From Octopus vulgaris (lineage: Eukaryota): a stretch of DNA of 64,000 bases. The stretch lies in assembly GCA_951406725.2 (NCBI GenBank), contig OX597826.1:84134934-84198933 (forward strand). Reading direction: 5' to 3'. A program made the translations under genes and the position numbers. Position 1 is the stretch's first letter. Each line of letters opens with the position of its first letter. Below, in pieces: positions 54,167 to 64,000 of this stretch. The notes beneath the pieces are model-generated. The model had not been told where the DNA came from. It did no database searches and saw only the letters and a list, made by a program, of their open reading frames with translations.

Positions 54167-56457
54167 AGTCTAAACTTCCATAAGGCAAACTGGAAGAAGA
54201 TCAACGAAGAGATCCGAAAACATGACTGGAGTGACTTCATCACCACACAAGACACCAACACACATTTCCAACATTTCATGACAACAATACAGAACATATG
54301 CCATAAGTTTGTCCCGGAGAAAAAAGCCAGCGGGCATAGGAACGTTATTCCCAGAGACAGGAAAATACTTATGAGGCGAAGAGCTAAGCTCTCGAAGCAA
54401 CTGAACGCACGGCAGAGAAACAATGAGGGACTCCACCTGAAACTTTTTGAAACGGAAACTGCACTCAAACTTTCCTATGAGAAGGAGAGGGCAGAGAGAG
54501 AAGCCAGGGCCATAGAGAATATTAAAACAAACCCTAAAGCCTTCTTTAAATTTGCGAAAGAAACCACCTCGGTACACTGCAAGATTGGCCCACTCTTTGA
54601 TAAAAAGGGCTCTCTAACTGAGGACCCCCAAGGGATAAGTGAAATACTAAAGGAACAGTATAAAAGTGTGTTCACATCCCCTCTGGGGCACATGCAAATC
54701 ACAAACCCAGAAGTTTTCTTTGATGCCACAACACTCCAAAACCAAACAACAACCATCGACCACATAGACATAACAGAGAGGGATGTAATATCTGCCATAG
54801 AAGAAATGAGAATAAACTCAGCTGCTGGACCAGATGGATTCCCAGCAGTCCTCCTAAAACATGCAGGCATGCCCTAGCGGGACCACTGAAGAAGCTCTTC
54901 AGTGGTTCCTTGGCTAACGGTAAACTGCCCAGGGCGCTAAAAGAAGGCACCATATGCCCTATCCACAAAGGAGGGAGTAGAGCAGAGGCCAAAAACTACA
55001 GGCCAGTCTCCCTGACGTCACACATAAGTAAGGTCATGGAACGAATCGTCAGAAAAAAACTGATCACGTTCCTCGAAGAAACTAACCGTCTCACTGACAC
55101 ACAGCATGGCTTTCGCCCAGGAAGAAGCTGCCTTACGCAGCTGTTACAACACTACGACTGGGTACTGAAACAACTACTGGATCGCTCACAGGTGGATGTG
55201 GTATATCTCGACTTTGCGAAGGCCTTTGACAAAGTCGACCACGGAGTGATATGTCACAAATTACTCAGACTCGGCATAACAGGAAAAGTAGGTGAGTGGA
55301 TACATGACTTCCTGAAGGACAGAAGCCAGATGGTTGCAGCCAATGGAGCCCTCTCGGGAAAGACACCAATAGCAAGTGGGGTGCCACAGGGCACAGTCTT
55401 GGGACCCTTGCTGTTTTTGGTGGCGCTCTCTGACATGCCCTTGGTAGCACAAACAACATCCCTCACTAGCTATGCTGATGACACAAAGGTAGCACAGGCA
55501 ATCAAAAACCCAGCTGATGCTGACCTTTTACAACAAGATCTGGAAGCCATATACAAATGGGCTGAAGACAACAACATGCAATTTAATGCTGGTAAATTTC
55601 AAGCCTTACAATATCAAGCTGTAAACACATATACATTACAACACAACTATACTGGTCCAGGAGGGATCGAAATCCCAGTATCGAAATCAATACGGGACCT
55701 GGGGATAGACATGAGTGACGATGCATCTTTTTCTTCACACATCGCGAAGGTGGCGACAATGTGCAGACGACTCACTGGCTGGATCCTGAGGACATTCCGG
55801 ACAAGAGACTGCGAGACCATGTTGACACTATGGAGGACATTTGTCCTAAGCCGCCTGGACTACTGCTCCCAACTGTGGTCACCGCATAGTGTCAAACTAA
55901 CCACAGAGCTTGAGACAATCCAAAGACATTTCACCAAGAGGATTTCCACCATGAAAGAAAAGAACTATTGGGAGAGGCTTAGGGAACTCAATTTGTACTC
56001 CTTGGAACGAAGACGAGAGAGATATGCAGTGATATACATATGGAAAATCCTGGAGGGACTAGCACCAAATTTTGGAATTGAGAGCTGTTCCAATCCCCGT
56101 ACAGGACGTCACTGTGTGGTGCCAAAGGTCCCGTCTTCCACATCCAGGGTAAGGAGCAGATACTGTAATAGCCTGGGGTTCAGGGGCCCTCAGCTTTTCA
56201 ACAAACTGCCAAGAAAACTAAGAGATCTACATGATGCGGATGTGGACATTTTCAAAAAACATCTAGACAAGCTGCTTTCCGGGATCCCAGATGAACCCAC
56301 TGCAAGGTACGAAGGTAACCTAAGGGCAGCAGCTACAAACTCTCTCTTAGATCAGTGGCCAGCCACGGCAAACTGGACTTAGAGAGGGTAGCAACAAGGG
56401 CGGTGCCCCAGCATGGCCTCAGCCGGATGGCTGAAACAAGTAAAAGAGTAAAAGAGT
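54164..56457 (+). mobile_element. 5'-truncated CR1-clade LINE (family B), one frameshift near 54865
   Basis: [30 protein letters not shown], open to the stop at 56382; tail (aaaagagt)2. Confidence 0.95.
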
Positions 56458-56470
56458 ATATCTTTATGTG

Positions 56471-56509
<39 letters not shown>

Positions 56510-56546
56510 TTATGTGTATATGTATATATATATATATCTTTATGTG

Positions 56547-56583
<37 letters not shown>

Positions 56584-56590
56584 TTATGTG

Positions 56591-56635
<45 letters not shown>

Positions 56636-56642
56636 TTATGTG

Positions 56643-56693
<51 letters not shown>

Positions 56694-56713
56694 TATACAT
56701 CATATATATTCAT

Positions 56714-58705
56714 CAGTCCCATGAAAAGGAGAGAGCAGATAAAGAAGCTTGGGTAATAGAAAATAGAAAATCAAACCCTAAAGCTTTCTTTAAGTTTGCC
56801 AAAGAGACAGCCACAGTGCACCAGAGAATAGGACCTCTCTTCCAAAAAGATGGCTCTCTCACAGGAAATCCCACGAGGATAAGTGAAATACTGAACGAAC
56901 AGTTCCAAAGTGTGTTCACTACACCTCTAGGACACAGGCAAGTAAACAACCCAGAAGAATTCTTTGCCACTTTACCAGCGGCCAAAGAGACAAAAATTGA
57001 GTACATCAACATCGAAGAAGATGATATCACACTAGCCATTGATGAGATTGACACAAACTCAGCTGCTGGACCTGATGGATTCCCAGCGATCCTTCTCAAA
57101 TCGTGCAAACGAGCCCTTGCAAAACCACTACAGCTTCTTTTTCAGAGCTTTCTTGCAAGTGGTAAGCTCCCAGTCAAACTGAAAGAGGGGGTAATATGCC
57201 CTATCCATAAGGGAGGTAGCAGAGCAGATGCTAAAAATTATAGGCCTATCTCTCTGACCTCACACATCAGCAAAGTCATGGAACGAATAGTCCATAAGAA
57301 ACTAATCATGTTCCTTGAAGAAAATGACTTACTGTCTGACACCCAGCATGGATTTCGACCAGGTAGAGGCTGCCTAACACAGCTCCTGCAACACTATGAC
57401 TGGGTGTTGAAACAGCTACTAAATGGCTCAAATGTGGATGTAATATATCTTGACTTTGCAAAAGCCTTTGATAAAGTCGACCATGGTATGATCTGTCACA
57501 AACTGCGTGGTCTCGGCATAGGCGGGAAACTTGGAGAGTGGCTGCACAACTTCCTAAAAGACAGAAAACAGGCAGTTGTGAGCAATGGAGCCACCTCCAG
57601 GGAAACGCAAATAACAAGCGGTGTCCCACAGGGCACTGTCTTGGGGCCACTGATGTTCATAGTGGCCCTTTCAGACATGCCTTCAGTTGCTACGATGACC
57701 ACCCTTGCTAGCTATGCAGATGACACAAAAGTCTCCCACGCAATACAAAACCCTGAAAATATTGCGCATCTGCAACATGAGCTGGACACAATATACAGGT
57801 GGGCTGAGGACAACAACATGCAGTTTAATGCAGGTAAGTTCCAGGCCCTGCGCTACTGGCACACAAAGGTAAATGACGTGCATACTGGATACACTGGCCC
57901 AGGAAGAATTGCAATCCCTGAGTCAAAATCAGTGCGTGACCTGGGCATTGACATGAGCAATGATGCATCTTTCCAAATGCATATTGCTAATCTGGTGATA
58001 AAATGCAGATGGCTAGCTGGATGGATTCTCCGAACTTTCAGAACAAGAGAGAAGGAGACACTGATGGTCCTATGGAAAACATTTGTCCTCAGCCGCTTGG
58101 ACTACTGCTCCCAACTTTGGTCACCACACAATATAAAACAAACAGCAGAACTCGAAGCAACTCAGAGAAGCTACACAAAGAAAATCGTCTCAATGCGAAA
58201 TGTCAGCTACTGGGAAAGACTGAAGGTATTAAACCTCTTCTCCCTGGAGCGGAGGCAGGAGAGATATGCAGTGATATACATCTGGAAAATCCTGGAGGGT
58301 CTTGTCCCAAACTTTGGCATTCAAAGTTACTCCAACCGCAGAACGGGGGCTGCTGCGTGGTGCCAAGGATTCCAACATCACCATCAAAATACAGGTCCAG
58401 ATACTGCAACAGCTTGGGTTTCAGAGGACCACAGCTCTTTAACATCCTCCCTAAATGCCTGAGAGACTTACATGGTGTGGATGTGGGTTTCTTTAAAACT
58501 AAACTGGATCTCTTCTTGTTGGGAGTCCCAGATGAACCTACCTCACGACAGGAGACACGGATGCGGGCAGCAGCATCGAACTCCCTTGTTGATCAAGTGC
58601 CACGTATCAGAGGTGGATTCACAAACTAGTGTAGCTCATTCAGCGGTGGTGCCCCAGCATGGCCGCGGCCTTCGGGCTAAAACATTTTTAAGGATTTAAG
58701 GATTT
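56714..58705 (+). mobile_element. 5'-truncated CR1-clade LINE (family C), one frameshift near 58345
   Basis: Same RT motifs; 3' ggcc-ttcg-ggct stem-loop and (aaggattt)2 tail. Confidence 0.95.
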
Positions 58706-58766
58706 ATATATATATATCTTTATGTGTATATGTATATATATATATATATGTATATATCTTTATGTG

Positions 58767-58819
<53 letters not shown>

Positions 58820-58827
58820 GTATATAT

Positions 58828-59810
58828 AAATGCTGGACCACCGCCATTATTCGAGCACATCGTGCGCAGCACTTATTCTTTCTAAGCCTAGTATTTATTC
58901 TAACTTATTCTTTTTGGCCGAACCACTAAAATACAGGGAGGAAAACATACCAGCATCGGTTGAAAAATCTACTGTAGCCCAGGGCCGACCAAAGCCTTGT
59001 GATTGGATTTGTTAGACGGATTTGTTAGAAGATTGTCGTATATATATGTAACAGTGGCTGTGGTATGTAACTTGCTTTCAAACACACCAGCATCGGTTAA
59101 AAAATCTAACCCTAACCCTAACAAATCAGTCAATCGAAGATAATGACCAAACTGTCTACTCTTATCCACCAGTTCCAACACGATTTAACAAAAAAGGAGA
59201 CAAATTGCTTGACTAGATTTCACTGCAAAGCCAGTAACATCTGTGGACTTCCCAAAATCTACAAAAGTTAAGCCATAAACAAAACCTGTAACAAGTTAAC
59301 TTCTATAGTCATAAATATTCCACACCCGAGAGATCTTCGAATGAGGCCAATTATGGCCGATCCAGGTATGTAGATACGGGGGGCATTGGGTGCTTAACAC
59401 TTGCAAATCTGACGTCGCTAAAGGTGCAATAAATTGAACTTCTTTTCATTTAGCAGTTAGTGATCTGCAAATGTGGGTATCTTGGAGATGCTTCAAGTGT
59501 TTCTTGTAGCTGTAATTGTCGCACACACACAAACGAATAAAAACACAGTCGCTCACACACACGTACACACACAAATAAAAACATTGGTATCTCTGATTTT
59601 TACAGAAGCGAGTACTCTTAACATTTCTACAAGAGTTTACTGGCTGTCGGGGGTCCTGTTTATATTGACTGTTGTTTTCACCAAGTCATTTATTTATTAA
59701 AAAATATATATATATATATAAACTATGAGCTATGGTTAGATGTGTGTATTTCCATTTCTGTGTGTGCGACTACGTGCTTTTATATACATGTGTGTGTGTG
59801 TGTGTGTGTG

Positions 59811-59859
<49 letters not shown>

Positions 59860-61468
59860 GTCTACATCCCCGTAACTTAGAGGTTCAGCAAAAGAGACTG
59901 TTAGAATAAGTACTAGACCTACGAAGAATAAGTCCTGGGGTCGATATGCTCGACTGAAGGTATTGTTCCAGCATGGCCACAGTTAAATGACTGAAACAAG
60001 TAAATGAGAGTAAAAGAGTAAATAGCGACAAAAGTCTATAACCTGTTCACTAGGGAGATAGCTGAAAATATCTCCTAATCGTCATATAATACCTTTCATG
60101 TTGTAATTTCTGTAATAGGTGTGTTCGTTTTACGACTACGAAAGATGACACGACCATGCGCACACCAACAGAGACACATACACATCCAAGTAATCTGCTG
60201 GTACCTTTAACAAATAAACATTGACTAGCTGATCATTTACATTTCACTACACCCCACAAATATATAAAGTAATAATGTTATCTAGTACTACCCTTCGGAC
60301 ATAATCAAGTTTATTTTTTGCTTTAGATAGTATATATGCGTGTGTGGGTATATACATGTATTCTTTGTAAGCCTAGTATTTATTCTAACTTATTCTCTTT
60401 TGCCGAACCGCTAAAATACAGGGAGTAAGACACACCAGCATCGGTTAAAAACATCAACAACTACAGTCATACGAGGATAATGACCAAACTGTCTACTCTT
60501 ATCCACCAGTTCCAACACGATTTAACAAAAAAGGAGACAAATTGCTTGACTAGATTTCACTGCAAAGCCAGTAACATCTGTGGACTTCCCAAAATCTACA
60601 AAAGTTAAGCCATAAACAAAACCTGTAACAAGTTAACTTCTATAGTCATAAATATTCCACACCCGAGAGATCTCCGAATGAGGCCAATTATGGCCGATCC
60701 AAGTATGTAGCTACAGGGAGCATTGGGTGCTTAACAATCGCAAATCTGAAGTCGCAATAAATTGAACTTCTTTTCATTTAGCAGCTAGTGATTTGCAAAT
60801 GTGGGTATCTTGGAGATGCTTAAAGTGTTTGTTGTAGCTGTAATTGTCGCACACACACAAACGAATAAAAACACAGTCGCTCACACACACGTACACACAG
60901 AGATAAAAACAATCACACAAAGAGAAACACTGAAATGAAAATACCGACACGCACAAATAAAAACAGTTCCACGTACACAAACACTGATACATGTAGGGAA
61001 GTAACTCTGGAAGATTTTGTAATTATCTCCCTTCGAGAGTTCCTTCCCTTGCCTTGTATATTTAACAATTATTAGTATATGTGAGGGAAGTAACACTGGA
61101 AGATATTGGAGTTATCTTCCATCGTAGAGTTACTTACCTTGCATATTATAATTTAATAGCTAATAATATGCGAGGGGAGTAACTCTAGAAAGGAAGATAA
61201 CTACAAAAATCTTCCAGATTTACTTCCCTTACATTTACTTTAAATCTTTTCCTGGTTTAGTTATTTGACTGTGCCCATGCTGGAGCACAGCCTTTTCTAG
61301 TGCAAATCGACAATGGGACTTTTATCAACTTCAGTCTAGTATTTATTCTGTTGGTCTTCTTTTCCCGAAGGGATAAGTTAATGGAGTGTAAACATCACCG
61401 GCATCGGTTTTGGGGACATCGAAAAATACACACATATACATATAAATATCTATATGTATATACATGTT

Positions 61469-61509
<41 letters not shown>

Positions 61510-61524
61510 CTATGTCTCTCTCTC

Positions 61525-61570
<46 letters not shown>

Positions 61571-62200
61571 AATCTATCTTCTTCGAGCACATCGTCAGCA
61601 GCACTTATTCTTTTCTGCCGAGCCGCTGAAATACAGGGAGTAAAACACACCTGTATCGGTTACAGTCGTTCGAAGGTAATGGCCAAACTGTCTACTCTTA
61701 TCCACCAGTTCCAACACGATTTAACCAAAAATGAGACAAATTGCTTGACTAGATTTCACTGCAAAGCCAGTAACATCTATGAACTTCCCAAAATCTAAAT
61801 AAGTTAAGCCATAAACAAAACCTGTAACAAGTTAACTTCTATAGTTATAAATATTCCACACCCGAGAGGTCTCCGAATGAGGCCAATTATGGCCGATCCA
61901 GGTATGTAGATACGGGGTGCTTAACACTCGCAAATCTGAAGTCGCTAAAGGTGCAATGAATTGAACTTCTTTTCATTTAGAACTTAGGGATCTGCAAATG
62001 TGGGTATCTTAGAGATGCTTAAAGTGTTTCTTGTAGCTGTAATTGTCGCACACACACAAACGAATAAAAACACAGTCGCTCACGTACACACAGAAATAAA
62101 AACATTCACACAAACACAAACACTGAAATGAAAATACCAACACACACAAACATATAAAAACAGTCCCACGCACACAAACACTGAAAAAAAAATTCTCACA
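58828..62200 (+). repeat. Three diverged tandem units of about 1.2-1.5 kb, each carrying a Penelope-like RT fragment
   Basis: [26 protein letters not shown]...PRDLRMRPIMADP at about 59125-59365, 60457-60703 and 61660-61902. Confidence 0.85.
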
Positions 62201-63481
62201 AAAACACTCACATACGCACAAATGAAAATACACAGCTACATATTCAAACACTCAAACACGCGGACAAACACAGAAATGAAGACAGTTACATACCTACACA
62301 TGCACAAACACAGACACACACAAATAGAAATGAAAAATACAGTTACACATCCAAACTCTCACACACTCACATACGCACAAACACACACTAACACACACAA
62401 ATATACGCACCCACACACAGAAATGAAAACGCAGTTACACACTCACACATAAAACCCTAACCCTAAATAGCACAAACATACAATTTATTCAGAATGTAAA
62501 GGGGCGTTGGGTGCATTGAACTCGCAGTTAGAATATCAGCCCCCTCCACGCCAGTATGAGAATTTCTTTTATCCACTTGTGAAATTAATACACTATCGAC
62601 ACATGGGAAAAATATGAGCAACATCTCAAGTCACTAAAGGTGCAATAAATTGAACTTGTTTTGATTTAGTACTTAGTGATCTCAAATGTGGGTATCTTAG
62701 AAATGGTCAAAGTGCTTGTTGCATTTCTGTCGCACACACACAAACAAATAGAAACACTCAGTCGCTCACACACTCGCGCACACAGAAATAAAAACACTCT
62801 CTCACACACACACAAACACTGAAATGAAAATACCGGCACTCACTTAAATAAAAACAGTCCCACACATGCAAGGAGCCCCAATAGGTATATCAAAAAAGTT
62901 TCTAGTATCTTTCTTAGCCCATAATTTATGATAATTGAAGTTCTTACAATAAATAAATACCTACTAATTCAGTACATCGAACATTACGTCCCCGTAACTT
63001 ATCGGATCTGCAAAAGAGACCTATACGTTAAGTAATAGGCATACAAAGAATAATTCCTGTGGTTGATTTGCTTGACTAAAGGCGGTGCTCCACCATGGTC
63101 ACAGTGAAATAACTGAAAGTGTATGTTACGAGAACTACATACTTAAGGGAGATAACTACAAAGTATCTTCTACAGTTACTTCCCTTGAATATTATATTTT
63201 AACAATAATAAAATAATATGCAAGAGAACTTAACTCTCGGAAGGGAGACAACTAGATAACATCTTCCAGAGTTACTTTCCTTACATATAATTATATTGCT
63301 TTGATTAAATTATAATGTACAGAGGGAAATAACTCTCGAAAATATTATTCAGACATGACACACTTTTACGATTTTTTGGAGTTTAACTGCTCTCTCTATT
63401 GAGTCTGATATCCCATTATGGCCATCCCTTATATGTTTAAATATCTATATGTATATACATATATCTGTCAATATATACCTG

Positions 63482-63557
<76 letters not shown>

Positions 63558-63564
63558 CCTATCT

Positions 63565-63915
63565 ATATACGACGGGCTACTTTCTGTTTCCGCGTACCAA
63601 ATCTACTCAGAAATGTTGGTCTGTCCGAGGCTATATTGGAAGACACTTGCCCATGGGGCCACGTAGTTGGACTGAACCAGAATCACCGTGTTTGGAAAGG
63701 AAGCTACATACCACAGCCACTCTTACTACTACATACATATGTATATATATATATACGACAGTCTTCTTTTAGTTTCCGTCTCCCAAATCCACTCACAAGG
63801 CTTGGGTCGGCCCGAGACTATAGTAGAAGACATTTGCCCAACATGCCACCCAGTGAGACTGAACTCGGAAACATTTGTTAGGTAAGCAATCTAATTCCCA
63901 TTCAGACACTACTGT
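63565..63915 (-). mobile_element. Two tandem S1 SINE heads
   Basis: Reverse-complement tRNA-like heads ending accacagccactc and cagacactact. Confidence 0.75.
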
Positions 63916-64000
63916 TTGTTAACCGGACAAGTTCAAGGTGAGCCCTAATTGTTTGTATGTAAATGAGTTCATTAATGAGGTCCGGAACTTTCACGGCTGG

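Larger units (their letters stand above)
49190..58815. repeat. Compound satellite (TA)n-TCTTTATGTGTATATG, split by four insertions
   Basis: Same unit at 49190-49500, 51490-51887, 53403-54163, 56458-56700 and 58706-58815. Confidence 0.9.

Noticed and set aside
53432-58462. Apparent fusion ORFs of YI repeats with RT (481 aa and 664 aa)
   Set aside because: 5'-truncated LINEs inserted in satellite; the frame is open by chance

Overview
Eukaryotic, repeat-saturated genomic DNA, most likely an octopus (inferred from the SINE families, long (TA)n arrays and a single-coding-exon tandem C2H2 gene). Only one host protein-coding gene is supported: a 15-finger C2H2 zinc-finger ORF on the minus strand (9320-10684). 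The rest is transposon debris: a Gypsy element with LTR and tRNA-Trp PBS, a solo LTR, four CR1-clade LINEs plus an older CR1/L2-like LINE, RTE, R4-like and CRE-like LINE pieces, Helitrons, Merlin, hAT and Tc1 remnants, Penelope-like pieces and many SINEs. Most notable: (i) a set of type I hammerhead-ribozyme-like motifs whose catalytic 3:8 pair covaries (C:G, G:C, U:A), all with palindromic stem III; (ii) a 4.47-kb nested-palindrome foldback element with a perfect 8-bp TSD; (iii) a covarying 3' stem-loop shared by four LINE families and the main SINE; (iv) a TA satellite hosting four insertions. All alignments were made by eye; ends without a TSD or terminal motif are approximate.
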